Source: Tubiluchus corallicola (taxonomy: Eukaryota > Animalia > Priapulida). Taken from it: a stretch of 64,000 nt of DNA. Shown piece after piece: positions 13,701 through 27,439 of this stretch. The stretch lies in contig JAQGDQ010000221.1 in the NCBI GenBank assembly GCA_030141605.1, positions 248,001-312,000 of the forward strand, read 5' to 3'. Numbering within the stretch: position 1 is the stretch's first letter; every line of letters begins with the position of its first letter. A program made the position numbers and the translations under genes. Under the pieces are notes generated by a model that was not told the DNA's origin, ran no database searches, and worked only from the letters and a program-made list of their open reading frames with translations.

Positions 13701-16165
13701 GGTATAAGAGCAATAAACCTGAAAGTTGAGAAAGGAAAACATAATATGTAATTAAAACTTTGAGTGAGTCTTAAAGAGTGAAAAAAATTTAAATAATTAC
13801 GAATTTGAATTATGTGAGAATGCCAAAGGAAAGAAGAAGCTACCTCTGTATATTGGGTGTGTTTTACTGTTATCACTTAAACTTAGAAAATTTAACAAAG
13901 AAATTTGCAAAGAAGTGTCTATAGGACATAAATCTAAAATATAATACCTCTGAATAGAAATTTTCAGGCGTGATGGTTGCCAGCATTCACTTGAAAATCA
14001 TGACGTAACAGGGAGACTCCCTGACTTTTCTTAAGCGCACTCCAGCTTTTCGTAAGCGGGCACTGCTTAAACTAATTCAAACTTCTGCAGCTTACTTAAG
14101 GTTCATGCAAAAATATTACAAAATTAGCTATCTATTTTTTTTAAAAACTTGCGCCCAAGCACAAAGTGGATTTGACTTTTAAGTGATTTTACTAGTTACA
14201 CGAGGCACTTGTGGCAGTTCTATTGCTAAATCTTTCTAACATTTTTTGTGAACATTGAATTAGCCTAACCTCCTAGAAGGCTTGACCTTTCCTTTAAACG
14301 TTCATTTAAGAGATGCATTGATTTTTGCCTTGTGTTTTAGCTGGAGTATTCTGTGCTCTTGTCTCACATCCCGCTGATACCATTGTTTCCAAGCTCAATC
14401 AGGACAAAGGGAGCACAGCTGTTCTGATAGCGAAAAAACTGGGATGGAAAGGTAACGGTCGTAAAACATCACTCTGTGGAAATATTGTGTTGATTATGCC
14501 ATTCCGGGTTGTTACCGAAAACATAATAAAATTCACGTTTCGTTTTTGTTGAAATTCATTAAGTTTTTCGCGGTGAAAATTCGGTTCAATTTGAATTGCA
14601 TTTTTTTATGTTTCCAATGACAGTCAGGTTCAATTGTATTTTAAGTGCAATTTCAACAAAACCGACTTTAGTTTATAACTTATCAAATCTGAAACTAATT
14701 TCAATTATATATCGAATTTATATCTCAATAAATATTTACAAAATAGTATTTGGTTTATTTTGATGTGTCGTTTAATTTATCCACAATTTTTTTGTTTGTC
14801 AGTAGTTGTCAACTGTTCTGAAATGCGAGTTTTTATCAGCAATTTTATTTATTTTAGCAGAACAGATAAAGAAAAACAAAGTGTATATTAGCTGATTTTA
14901 CAATTTTGCTTGTTTGGTTTTAATGGTAGTCAGTTTCCAAAAGCGATTTTGGTTTTGTTTTTTATATCCTTTGTCGAAACTTTTGTTTGTAGTTTACGTA
15001 TCGGTAACATCCCTGATATGTTTTGAGGCTGTGCGGGTATTGTTGTTTTGTTATGAAATATGTTTTGCTAGAATTTGCATTTTTATCATTATTAGAACAC
15101 ACATACACATCCCTTAGATCCACTCTTGGGACACATGCTGCCTCTCATCTGGTGGCAAGTCCGGCAACTTCGTGTTGTTTTTGTCGAGAGTGCTTGAGTC
15201 ATTGGTGTGTAAGAGTAACCTACTTGCTTTGCAGACCCATTGCATTGAGTAAACCAAGTCGGCAGTGCATTCGCTTGCAGTTAACCGGCTTGGTAGATTG
15301 TGTCATCCCGTGAAACAGTTATTGCTGAATGCTAGTCATTGCAAAGCAAACACTTTCAATTGTTTGTAAAATTAAGATATGCTTTGTTGTTTGCAGTAAC
15401 TGAGTAACAGTGGCTCTGATTGACTGTGTACTCCTAGTATGAGAATAAGCCTTTTCACAGTTCCAGTAAATGGTGATGATCATAACAAGGTCAAAGGTTA
15501 AGGGACCCATACAACACATTTGGGTACACTTGACAATGCCTCGCATAGTATTGTAATAGTAACAGTTTTAACAGCTAGCTAGAACTTTACTTAGTTTATT
15601 TTTTCTTGTTCCCAAGCAAGATCCTGCTAATAGATCACTCTACGCACAGAATAATGCATAATTAAGTAAAGTCCACGTAAAACAACTGAATTGGCTTTGC
15701 TTTACCCACACATCACGTGACAGTTGTAGTTAAGATGTTTCTGTAATGCACTCTTAACCTTTGACCTGCAGCATTGTTTGAGCGCAATACAAAACTGTGA
15801 AAAGCCTTATTCAGACTTGCTCTGCCATGTTAAGCTGATAGTTCAGATGGGAGCGTGCAACCTGTAGTTGCAAGTTTCTGGGTTCAATTCTTGGCTGCCC
15901 ACCATTTTTCATCGTCGATTGATTAGTCACTAGGTTGTTTTAAGAATATGTCTTTTTACGTTTAGAACTACATTTTTATTTTCTGCCATTTTTTGTTTTG
16001 TAAGGTTTGTGGAAGGGCTTGTTTCCAAGGATCATCATGATTGGAACTTTGACAGCCTTACAGTGGTTCATCTACGACTCTGTGAAGGTATTCTTCCGCC
16101 TGCCACGCCCTCCACCCCCAGAGATGCCAGCAAGCTTAAAAGCCAAGTTGGAAGCCAAGAAATAA
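4701..16165 (+). CDS. SLC25A3: Mitochondrial phosphate carrier (SLC25 family), 7 coding exons, ~352 aa
   Basis: Exons 4701-4827, 5991-6125, 9347-9516, 11114-11295, 13185-13357, 14341-14451, 16005-16165. All introns are GT-AG, phases are consistent, total 1059 nt. Translation has [97 protein letters not shown] and [21 protein letters not shown], which are diagnostic of PiC. Confidence 0.97.
6925..8143. repeat. 42-bp minisatellite, ~29 copies (SLC25A3 intron 2)
   Basis: Unit GAAGTTACACTTTGAATGATCGTTTGTTGCACACCACAATGC repeated head-to-tail. It explains the 14-aa periodic ORFs. Confidence 0.97.
8273..9242. repeat. 485-bp near-perfect tandem duplication
   Basis: 8273-8757 and 8758-9242 both run CGAATATTTGCGAACATAAC...TGTGTCACT, with only a handful of substitutions. 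Confidence 0.95.
10453..11024 (+). mobile_element. Family B TTAA-flanked element (Kolobok-like), copy 1
   Basis: TTAA|AGGAAAGAATAAGTC ... GACTTCTCCTTTTCT|TTAA. Homologous to 13824-14297 and, inverted, to 40469-41026. Confidence 0.75.
12385..13155 (-). mobile_element. 5'-truncated non-LTR retrotransposon 3' end (CR1/L2/Crack-like)
   Basis: Minus strand reads [14 protein letters not shown]...[18 protein letters not shown]...CACG...[16 protein letters not shown] (degenerate CCHC tail), followed by an AT-rich 3' end. Confidence 0.75.
13824..14297 (+). mobile_element. Family B element, copy 2 (internally deleted)
   Basis: Shares TTTACTGTTATCACTTAAAC, CTGCTTAAACTAATTCAAACTTCTGCAGCTTAC and TAGCCTAACCTCCTAGAAG with copy 1, and ends CCT|TTAA. 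Confidence 0.75.
14504..15015. mobile_element. hAT-like MITE (C.GGGTTGTTACCGA ... TCGGTAACATCCCTG); related decayed copy ~6195-6864
   Basis: Terminal inverted repeats are visible but no clear TSD. Confidence 0.45.
15104..15320 (+). ncRNA. SNORA53: SNORA53-like box H/ACA snoRNA in SLC25A3 intron 6
   Basis: Blocks CCTTAGATCCAC, CC(G)GCAACTT and GTGCTTGAGTCATTGGTGTGTAAGAG match the vertebrate SNORA53 sequence as recalled. H box AGAGTA at ~15212 and ACA 3 nt from the end (15315-15317). Vertebrate SNORA53 is hosted by SLC25A3. Confidence 0.8.
15444..15811 (+). mobile_element. MITE with AATAAGCCTTTTCACAG TIRs; inverted second copy at 41319-41708
   Basis: Termini AATAAGCCTTTTCACAG ... CTGTGAAAAGCCTTATT. 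Internal TTCCCAAGCAAGATCCTGCTA recurs reverse-complemented at ~41521-41542. Confidence 0.75.
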
Positions 16166-17879
16166 CGTGACCTGGCTTTTAGACAACATTCCTAATAGCT
16201 TGTGACATTGACAGCAACATTGTTGCATTAGTCACTTATAGCAACAAATTGATTGGTCTATGTGCGAGGTTAAATTTGCTGTTTATTGCCTTAGGAAATT
16301 GTTTTATCTGGCCTAAATTAATAGCTAACGTGTAATTTGATAACTCGGATCTTAAATTTTATTTTCTGTTTTTCTTACTCTATGTGCATTTATTACATTT
16401 ATTTTCAAAATTTAAAACCTAAATCTTGTTGTAACGTGTGATTTAGGAATTTTGCTGTATTACCTAATTGGCACAGAAAATTCGAGATAATTTTTAGGCA
16501 TAGAAACTGTGCCTAAACTAAAAGTTACCTAGCACCCTGTAATTCTTGTTTAAGGTGCGTCATGTTATCTACAAGTTGAAATGACTTGTAGCTGTTCATT
16601 TATCAAAAATAGAATAGATTATTTCCGTGTGTAAAATAATGCCCTGGTTTGTGACCAAATGCAAAGTTTTTTAACACAGCTAATTGTTGTTAACATTCCA
16701 GAAATACACAATTTGTTGACTAACTTATTTGTTTTGTTTTACATAGTATGTGGTGAACGGTTTTTGATATTACATTTGAATTAGGAACAAAACAGGCAGA
16801 AATAAATCGTAAACAATAACCATTTTCAACTTCATCACACTTTGCAAACACTAGTACAATAAATAAAAGCCTTTGGACATGTATTTAGTAACACAATAAT
16901 CAAGAGAAATTGTAGTCATGCAGACAGGTGAGGCTTTCAAACGGACTACGGGTGACAGAAGCAATGGCTGACAGTGCATCAAAGTTTATTTTTGTTTTCT
17001 ATTTTTCTGTGCCATTGTACGTTTCAACCTTAGATGTGAACGAACAGGTCGCACAAGAAAGAATGCCCTAATACTGCAAATAAGAAAGAAAACCCAATTT
17101 ATTTACAATCTTAGAAATACATGAATCCAAATGTACAAGGCATGTTAAGTTATGAGTACTGCATACGTTTTCTCGGTTGATACGGGATACCACATCTGTT
17201 TGTTTTCAAAACTAGTGTATAGGCGATATAACATAGTAACCCCGTGGGCAAAGAGGTGCCGACACAATCCAATACATCTTAATTAATGTGAACATTAATG
17301 TAAATGTTGCATAATAAATCAGGTAGCATTGCCTGTAGGGCATCTAAACAAGACAAAAACAGCTAACTGTAGATTTATATACATAAAAAAACTATGAAAT
17401 AACAAAGGCGCTTCGTGCCTTTGCTCCACATATTGTGTGGACGAAGACTAATAGCTTACGTGCTCTAGCAAACAAAATCAACTAGAGTTAATACCCCTTA
17501 CATGTTCTTTTATAACAAGTACCATATTCAATAAATAATCTTTTTCACATACCACAGTTTTCCTAGAGAGAACTGTGATAGCATAGATGCATTACAATTG
17601 TAACAAGTTCCAAAGTTACGGCACTGGAAATGTAAGAGTATCATACTGTTCGAAGTAATTAAACTGTACCTTACAGCCGAAGTTGAGTCAGACCAAGGGT
17701 GCATGTAGATCTATACTTTTTTTACCCATATTTTTATGGATTATTGCTACACATTCAGTGCAAACGGTATATAGGAAGCTCCTTCAGTCATGCAAGATGT
17801 ATGTGGCCACAGAAACCGAGCTGTTCGAAGGGCGAGTTTGCAAAAAATTGAGGTTACAAATCATCAATTTCGTTTTAAT

Positions 17880-18080
17880 CATAGGGTCCCTTATATGCGA
17901 GGTAATTTACCAGGGTTTCTATTACATGGGACCAGAAGATATCGTCCCTTTTAACCGAATGTCCGTTATTTCCGAGTATCTTATATACAAAGATTTTTAT
18001 AAGGAAAAACGTTACGAAAAATCAGGACCGGTGTTGGTAGTCCCTTATAGGCAAGTACCTTATACCCGAGGTTGACTATA
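17880..18080. mobile_element. Tc1/mariner (pogo/Tigger-like) MITE fragment
   Basis: Ends CGAGGTTGACTA-TA with repeated GTCCCTTAT subterminal motifs. A short related element (TA-CAGTAAATCCT...AGGATTT) lies at ~11328-11428. Confidence 0.45.
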
Positions 18081-18601
18081 GTTCCCTTTTTGCTGTAGTC
18101 CATAACTTAGCATACAAGTACAGAAGCAGTTACTTTTACTGTTACAATTTTCTAGCTCTAGAAATTTAGTAAAACAAAAGATTATTAATTGTACAACATA
18201 AAAATATTGATTTACGTTTTCCTCTCCTCAGTTTCAGCACAATGCAGTTGAGTGTCGCAAACAATTGCTTCTTAAAGGTGGCCCCACGATGGTATGAATA
18301 ACAATAACTCTATATGTGACAGCACTGGTAGTTGTATCAAATCATTTTTTCTAGTTTTGTACCACACCAGACATAAGTTCCTGTAGCCGTTACTTTTTAA
18401 AGGAATTTAACTGTAAGTAATCACTTTTCTGTTGGTAGAACACTCACTGGTGACATTGTAACTTGTAACATAACCATTTTCAACAGTGTAACAGTTACAT
18501 TAAAGGAACTATCCCAATGGTGAACGCGAGTTGTCTAGAAAGTGGCAAAAATTTATTTAAATGATTTTATTCATTAAAATTATTAAAGTAAATTTATTAT
18601 T

Positions 18602-21600
18602 TCATCGATGTAACTCTTCCTCTTTTCCACTTCTCACGGTGCCCTGCCCTTTACTGACATCACTGATGCACGTCCAAGCTCCATCTAGTGTCTCTTTCCA
18701 TAAACTAACCTGTGATTAGAAATAGTTTTAAAAATGTGCAAATTTTAAGCTGAACTAGCAGGTCAAAAAGTTTTGCAGTTCTTTAAATTTTCTTGTAGTG
18801 AATGACCTCAGTGCTAAGTCAAAAATAATTTATTTCCTTCAGCGTTTTGTATTATTGCTGCGCACTAGAAACATGCTCAACAACTTCTATGTGTCATGGA
18901 GAAACTACAGTTGCTTCCTATTTTAATTACATGCCATTCTGTCCAGATAGCTTGCTCAGTTTGGGCCAGTACGGCGCAAATATTCACACTTATAAGAGGG
19001 TCGACTGAACCAACTTTTGTGCTTACCCCACAAAAACCATTGCATGCCTTTCTCACCGCCCTATTAAGAACATAATTGGAAAGCTATTTTTCTAGGAAAA
19101 GTTATAGGAAGAACGAAAAAATTTCCAGGGAAAAATCCAACCATCTGAAAGAATCATCTGCATATATAGCTTTACTTTGCTGCCCAATCTTTGCGGAAGG
19201 AAATGGGAAACAGTAAGAGAGGGAATTTAAAGTCTAACTGTGGAAATTAAGTACAGAAAGACCAAGAGGCACTAATCTTGACTCCAAATCAAATCAAACG
19301 ACTCCACTAAATTCTCTTCAAGTGCAGAGTAACATTATTCTTTTGTGGAGGGAAGAGTGGGCAAATAGCTATTCTACAGCAAGATTTCCGTTTTCATATT
19401 CAACGACAAGTTCTTACTTTATTATCTCCGCCTGAAACTGCCAGTATGTTGCCAGTAATCGACCAGCTAACGTGCCAGACTACATCATCAAATGTGTCCA
19501 TGACAACAGATGTCCATGTACTGCCAGCCGTGCCATCATTACGCCAGATTATAACTCTTCTATCCTGTTATAAAATCGATGCTTGTTACATACATTTAAT
19601 GAAGCAATGTGAAAAATTTTTCTACATAATTGTTGAGAAAGTAAAATCATAGTCCTCCATGGGCTTTTGTATTAGAAGACCATCAGAAGGAAAACGAGGA
19701 CTGGTAAACGGAATGTAAGCATGGGAATTAATGTACTGGTTAGCTACTAAGATTAACTTGTAAGCTTTAACTAAACAAATAGCTCATTTGTTACTGAGAA
19801 AAAGGAAATTAATACTTCCCAATCTTTTAACTTGCGATTTAATAATTCTCGATAATTGAAACGTTCACAATTACCTGCGAGCAGCTAGCAATTATTTGAT
19901 GTGGAAGCCCAATGGATGGCGCCCAAGCGACGTCTCGAACCCAGTCACTGTGCCCCTCCAATTTCTTCTCCTCAACCCACTGCCCATCTTCCTCCTTCCA
20001 GATCTTGACCAGACTGTCGCAACCTCCGGTGACGAACCTCCGAGGTGGTCTCGATGAGACCTGTGATTCGGGGAACGAGTTTGAGGCCACAGCAGGAGCC
20101 CAACTAACGGCATTGCAACCAATCTTCAAAAACAACAAAAATCTTGAATGACCACTAGCTTATGATGTTTCTTGTTTGTTAACTATGGGGTGGCAGCACA
20201 TGCTGGGCATAATATAAAACGAAAAAGTGTTTACAATACTAGAATGAAGAAGGGTGTAAAACTTACTATAGACCTAATAGAAGCTAGTGCTGCTTTAAAA
20301 TTGAAATAATTTTTTGCTAGTAAGAAATATAGTTGATGACCCTAATTTAGCACTTGGGTGGGCGTTTTAATTAAAAATGGCAATTTTCCACGGTAATTGC
20401 TTAGCAAATATTAGATGGCAGCACAATCTTGAAAAAACACACAAGCAGTGTGCTATTATCTGTATGATTACAATGCTCTGTACTAAATAGCTAGCCTTTA
20501 AGGCAGAGACCGAGGCAGGTTTTTAGCTTGTTTTAAACGAATCTTTTCATTTCAATTTTATCATAGAATTGTAGTGCGAAAGCAATGGAAATTAAATGAA
20601 GTGAGTCCAAATTAAATGATGTGCCTTCATTCCTGCCAGTAGCGTGCTCTTTGAGAATATAAAAATGGTACATACTGCAACAGGAAACGTTTAAAAAAAC
20701 ATAAAAACATTTAAATGTAAAAGATGCCACTAATTCTCTAAATTTTATATTATTTTTAGCCTAAGTATGTACATTTAAATATAAAGCATTAGAACAGAAA
20801 TCTGAATTTTTCATATCTTTAGCACGAAAAGTTGGCCACCACTTTTAACACTCTTTTTAAAACATTACAGTTCCAATTCCAGTATCTTAATACCAGCACC
20901 TGCAATGTGCTTAATATCAGAAGAAACAATTTTCCGATTTTCCAATATTCCGATCTTAATTGTAACTCACCGTGTGTGCGTTTGTAATTTTTTTTGTGTC
21001 CCATGTTCCATCTCCTGGACTCGATATTACTGAGACTGATCCGTCTGAACTTCCGCAGGCTAGCATCAGTCCATATTCATGCGGAGCCCAAGCTATACTG
21101 TTAACTAAAAACAAGGATAATAATTACTCAGCTCCCTTGGTGAGAAGCAGTTTTTACACACAGTGTTTTATGAAATTTTGGAAAATTGAATAAAGTGGAT
21201 TGTACTTTATCATCAAAACTTCTTTTCGATGTGAAACTTGTTCCTCAAAACTAAAATTACCTTGATAAAACGTTTAGACTAATGTACATCATTCTAACTC
21301 GCGCCAAAGATGTGAAAGATGGCGATCTTTACAGCAATGCACACATTCGAACTATGAATTCTACGTATAATTATAGTAATACGTTATTGTTGGGGGTTAT
21401 GTAGGCCTTTAAGTAAAGGTACATTAACTTATTCTTATTAAATCATACCTGATGAATCGTGATTAGCATATTCATATAATTTAGTCCATTGGCTATTCAT
21501 TTCTTTCCATATTATAACTCTTCTATCATACGAACAAGATGCTAATAGATGTCCAAACATGGGATGTGCCCATGCGACTTGCCAAACGGGGCCCTCATGT

Positions 21601-24600
21601 CTAAAATCAAGAGCCATTTATAAAAACAAATTGATTATTTAGTCTCATAATTTTATAAATTTATCACAAAAATCATCATTCGTTCTAAAACATGTAATTA
21701 CTACCAGGAGTGAATTGGTTTGAGAAAGTTAATAAGGCAAATGAGGGCCAAGCTAGTTGTGCTTAAGCCTCCCACTAGGTATAGATGCAATTTTGAGGAC
21801 TGTTCATATTGTATTTCAAGATAGTTAATAGTTACATTTTCAAATACAATTTTGACCTACCTCATTTACTTTTTGTGTTTTTTAGCTTGTTTCGATTTCT
21901 CCTCTTTTTCTTGCCACATTGTAGTTATAAAAACAAGTAAGATTTTTCAATTTTAGTCAATTTTGCCACCAGTCTCTATCAGATAACACTGTACTTAGCA
22001 AAGTTGGTATAAAGGTGCTTTGTGAGCATCAGCACCGTGACTCAAAATTGGCTGCCTCAATAAGAGGCCACTATGGGTATGGTCACCAGCCAATGCTTTA
22101 CCATTTTAATCGCCGGTCCAACCCTGATGGGATAGCATTAGCTGACAAGTTGTACTACAAAAGTAAATAAGTAAAAAGAAAGACTGCTTACTCTCTAAGA
22201 TCAGCAATGAGAGTCTGGGTACTGTTCTTTACTTCAAATATCTTAACAGAACGATCAGAAGAACACGTAGCCAGTCGTGTGCCATAGTAGTCCATTGCTG
22301 CATCATGCTGAAGAAGAAAAAAGCTGATCTAAAATATGCATCTCCGCAGTTTCATCTGCCATGCTAGCTCTCATTTTTCATCTCATTGAGGCAGGACTGT
22401 ACATACGCATACAAACATAGTAGAAACACTTGTAGATGTTAGTTTCGTTACTTATCGTACAAGATTATCCTTGAAAATGAGGTAGGTTAGTTACGATCTC
22501 GTCAGAACCGTCGAAGCATTTATATGCCTATTAGGCCCGGCCATGGCTTAAATGCATTGAATTATACAAAAAATGTCCAAAATGCAATAAGCATTCATAC
22601 ATTCACTACAGGCTAATGAAAACTGAAAGATGCTGAGAATTAAAAAAATAACAGTACGTTATTGCAATATTACATATTTGAATTCTTTATTAAACGAGCT
22701 TCATTTCTGTGAATGGTATAAGACGGCTCATACAGAAACAGTAGTATGCTTACAATAATACTTACAATCATATCTTCATGACCAGTGTCAACTGTATTCA
22801 AAACAGAAACCTGAAAAAATGCAATTTAACGTTAAGGATGGGAACACAGAAATTTGCCCTCAGAAAAATACTTCAGAGAAGATTGAGGCAGAGTCACAGA
22901 ATCCTGTTTTACAAAGCTGTTTCCAAAGCTTTGTAGACCCAAGCTAATAATACAACATTAGTAAACTAAAGATGCAGAAATGATTTAAAAATGACACCAA
23001 GAAAGTATGACACTGACGTACAGCAAATTATAACGAAAAAACCAAAATGTGCAAAAATTGTTAAAGGACAAAAAACGGGGTACCTACAATAGGTTTCACA
23101 AAAATCGCCTTATCAAATTATATTACTTTATAGCAATTTTATGCATATATCGTACTCGAGTTGAAAGGATTTTTTGTTTGTTTTCAGTTTAGACTTCCCG
23201 CGACACTGTCCGACGGTGCATTGCATGACGTCATATACGCACAATGTAAATCAGGGGAGGAAAACGAAATGGTAAATTATGTGCCAAAAATCTTTCCATG
23301 CAACTCTTGTCTTTTCACTTACCAGCTTGAAAGACTTACGTAATTAGAAAAGGAAAATATTTAATTATTTAAAATGTTTTCACCAATTGGTAAAGTGTTG
23401 CTGACTCACCCTCCAGGGTGCATCACTTACTAACCAAAAACGTATCTTATTGACAAGATGCAGCAATTTTAAATTTTACTATCAGAATGCTCTGATTACT
23501 TTTTCTAACTTTACTGAATGTTATCTAAACTTGTTTCAAATGACATATCGCCAAAATGGCCACGCCTAACGGTCATCGCGAGAATTTAAACTCACGTGTT
23601 TTATACAGCATTATTGCCGACGCAAATCTAACATGCAAAAAGGCAGTATTTGGGTGGTATTAAAATTTCAAGACGAATTTTTTAAGCTTTATGTAAGTTG
23701 ACGGTTTTCTTCTGCTTTAAATAAGCTGCATAAAGACAAAATGACAAGACAAAGCAAAAAAATATATAAAATTTAGATTTTTTTAAAAGACGGACAGCAT
23801 AAGTGTAATAGCAGTCATGTGGATAGCAAGAAAATAGCAAAATTAATTCAAAAACATCATTCATAAATTCATACAGTATTACAAGACCGAATACAACTAG
23901 AGTTGAATGCACCAATGCATAATACAAACTTGAACAAAACAAAAAACGCATCTGCTACGTCCAATGTGCAAAAAGGAAAATGATACAACAGCTACTTGGT
24001 CAAGCCTACGAAAAAAATAAAAAGTTCCTACTAACAGAGGTAGCGTCAACCATCAGTGGACGGTATAGCATAATGGATAATGTGTGTGTTTTCCAACTGG
24101 AAGGTCGTGAGTTCGATATTGTGACAGGGTATTACTAAATACTCTAATGAAACCTACTGCAGTGCTTGCCTTTTGAAGGATGCGCTAGCAATCGCACCGC
24201 ATCATGCCAGTTGTTTTGAATTTAGACACTGCCTATCAAAATCAGTGCAAGAGCACTGCTTGCACAGTGCTCAGTTCCTAATGACTTTCAAAGTCGCCCT
24301 TCAGAGAAATGAAAATTTGCCATTCGGAAGTGAAGTCCCTAACTAATAAATGACTTGATATTTATTTTCTGTGAAAGTTGTGAATAATCTACCTGCCATG
24401 GTGATCGCCGCACCAACCATAGTTAAGTATAAATCCTTAAATGACAATTATTTTGCAGCAAAATATGGGGTTTCTATGAGTGTACTCACTTCACCCTTAA
24501 TCATGACAGTATCAGCCAACAAAATAACTTGAAAAATAAAATGTATCTTTTCTTTCAAATCATCGACATTTCTTTGCAGTGTTTTTCTCAGTTTCTAATG

Positions 24601-25248
24601 CCAGGACGTTGCCATAACTGGTAACTTTTACTAGACAATTTATAGTATTCTTAGTCGCCTTGCTACTCACATACCGATCACATGATACTGCTTCAATTGT
24701 GTATGATCATGTAAGAGCACTATAGCTTCAATTGCGCCAACACTCCCCCTTGTTATATTGGTTACATCGTAGTTGTGACAGGCATTACTATTTTACTGTT
24801 AACCTTTGCCCAATCTGGACTTTCCTGTTGTTGTCGTCAGCTGTAACGTTACCACCTTAATCTGATGAGACTGTTGCTGTGAAACTTCTTTACGAATTGT
24901 TTTCAATAAAATAGTTTATTTTGGCTAAACCTGTGCAGTTCTAGTGTTTCCTGTTAATGACGTTGCACTGCAGTCATTGATAAGCATTCCAATATTTCAC
25001 GGTGAATTTTTTTAAACGTGCCGAAGAGCAACCAAATTAGATAGGAATTAAAAGTGATTAATACAATTAAAAACGAAGTAAACACAATTGAAAAATTAAA
25101 GTGGAGCGTTAATAATTTATTTTAACTGCTTTCGTAAACTTGAGTAACAGTTGATTCGACTCAATGGATATGGTAGAACCACACGAATCGTTGAAGCAAT
25201 AATGCTTGCCAAAATTTAACATCACTTAGCACGAAAACATCTTACCAT
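18602..25248 (-). CDS. SEC13: SEC13 (COPII / nuclear pore / GATOR2 WD40 protein), ~317 aa
   Basis: Minus-strand exons 25246-25248 (ATG only, ATG|gtaaga; least certain), 22766-22810, 22192-22307, 21449-21600, 20971-21104, 19875-20123, 19418-19564, 18602-18709, total 954 nt. Reads [40 protein letters not shown]...[16 protein letters not shown]...[17 protein letters not shown]...[27 protein letters not shown]. Confidence 0.96.
23061..23720 (+). mobile_element. Family A Kolobok-like element, copy 2 (SEC13 intron 1)
   Basis: Same termini (TTAA|AGGACAAAAAA ... TTTTCTTCTGCT|TTAA) and shared internal blocks such as GCTGACTCACCCTCCAGGGTGCA. Confidence 0.75.
24058..24455 (+). mobile_element. tRNA-derived SINE with CR1-like 3' tail
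   Basis: A box TAGCATAATGG, TTCCAA loop, B box GAGTTCGAT. The 3' part translates [26 protein letters not shown], resembling the CR1 ORF2 end. Confidence 0.55.
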
Positions 25249-27439
25249 ATTTTGATGAATTTATGCAACCTTTCCTGTCTTAGTAAAACTATTTCACTAC
25301 GAATAACAACGTGGCAATGCAGCACCCGTGCCATACGTTTTGACATTCGCATTGTCTGCCACCTGTTGTTAGAAAAATAAAGCTCTAAGGAGAAGTTTTC
25401 TAGTTCTGCAGTACCGTTAAAAGACAAAGGAAAAACACAAAACGTGCTCGTTTTATTCATCCAACAACACGAAATCGTGTTATTGAGTTCTTTCCCAAGA
25501 AGTGAGGAAGAGAGAAATTTAATTATAGTGCAAAGTGTTGCAAAAATAGTTTTTCTTGAACTATTTAATTTCTGATGCAAAATCCAGACTGCAAACAGCA
25601 GATTGTCATCATTATGTTGTAACAATTGTGTTAAAATTTTGACAAACACTGATTGTTTTTTCAAAATATATTTCACAATCCTGGTGTAATGTTTGATACT
25701 TTCACCAAACACTGCTTCCACCTTTGTACAACAATACGATAATATTCTACCGATAACCATTATCAGAAAACTGCATATTATATATTCGATATGAATATAG
25801 CATTGGTTCTGCATTGTCGTCCAGTATTGAAACCTCCTGGTCTACATTGACTGATCTACATGGAAGGTCATTGATTAACTGATTTAACTGTCTTGGCTCT
25901 GGTACAACGTGTTAACAACAAAGGTAGTCCAAATATTTATGAGATTTTATTGTTATTGTGGTCTTTTATATCGGTTCTTTTCCACGATCGTTTTGTAGAA
26001 CATTGTGTTGGTGATTTTTTCTATGCTTGGTGCAGCCACTGCCTCAGATAATGGCTCAGCAGACAGACCCATTTTATTCGTCAATCAAATCATAGAAGGA
26101 AACAAATAAAAGGCGAAATTTGGAAATTAGATTTTGAACTTTTGCACAATTAGTTTAATTACAAATATAGACTTACCCTTTAGAAAAGATGTGGTGGTCA
26201 TTGGCTTCTTCTGTTTTGATGTTCAATTGATGTGTTTTTTCCATTGCATTTCACTTCCGATTTGGTCTTACTTGGTAATTAAGATGTTCTTTATAGTGTC
26301 TTGAGAGATTCTAACAGCTGAAGAGTTTGTTGACTGCCCCACTGTGTTAGAAAGCTCCAAAGCATTGCATTGATGAATTGTGATACTCCAGTTCTGTGTC
26401 AATGTTAATGTCCTTTGTCTTAGTTGTATGTGCTGCCCAGAGATCACTTGATTCCCTGAGATGTCATGGCATCAAAATCAATGTTATTGTGGTCTTTTGT
26501 ATCTGTTCTCTTACGCGATTGTTTTGTCACTCATTGCTTTGGTAAAAATACACTGAACTGTAGGTTTACAGTAAGTATTACAATTTGCATATGTTAGTCT
26601 GTTTACATTAAGATTGCTTTTCTGTTTTGACTGTTCCAGGCCATAACACTTTGATAAGAGACATGAGCGATCTGAGATAACCTTTTCCAGTTAGACAAAC
26701 TTTGAAGCAGTTTAAAGCATGCTTCACCAGAGACAGAGTGCATGAGAGGCAGAGTGTGTACAGATTGACAGCCTTAGTGTCAGCTTTTTCATTACCATTT
26801 GTAACAGCAAAAAGCTTCACTGAAGGAAGAAACTATTTCAGCTAGGTGATATTCATGAGATACTATTTGGTGCAAGCAACTACTAAGTCAATGTTCTAGT
26901 GGCGAGAATTTGTACGAAACAAGAAGCAGGAATTACTTCAGAAAAAACTCCTAACTTCAATGATTTAGTTACGTAATTTTGTCACAACGTTTGTATAGTT
27001 TTTTCAAACATTTTCCAGTCATATATTTGCAAAATATCGACTGCATCCTATCGAAGCTAATAAATCCATTTTTTCTTCTGGATTTTTGCTTGTGGAATTC
27101 TTTACCATAAACCTGTTTGAGTGTTTCCCTGAAAACTTCAGATACACTCGCCCAGCCTGACTTGGCAAACCTTACAACGGGCCCGTCAAATTATTGAGGG
27201 CCTACTACAGAGAGGAAATTCCGTTTTCCTAGAGATATATCCATTTCTAAACCTTTTCACTGTAGCTTTTGAATAAAGTATAGTCTATTTAAAAACAAAA
27301 CAAGAATGAATTTAAATGCATTGCGTTAATAGGCGCGTCCGAGAAAGACGAGACATCCAAGAAAAAAGGAAATGGCAGCGTGCTTGTACTTCGCGCGAAA
27401 TTCGCTTTCACGTTGGAATTTCTTTTTTGGGAGATTGTA

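Noticed and set aside
25242-25814. 190-aa minus-strand ORF
   Set aside because: No recognisable domain and AT-rich composition. It overlaps the presumed SEC13 5' UTR/promoter.
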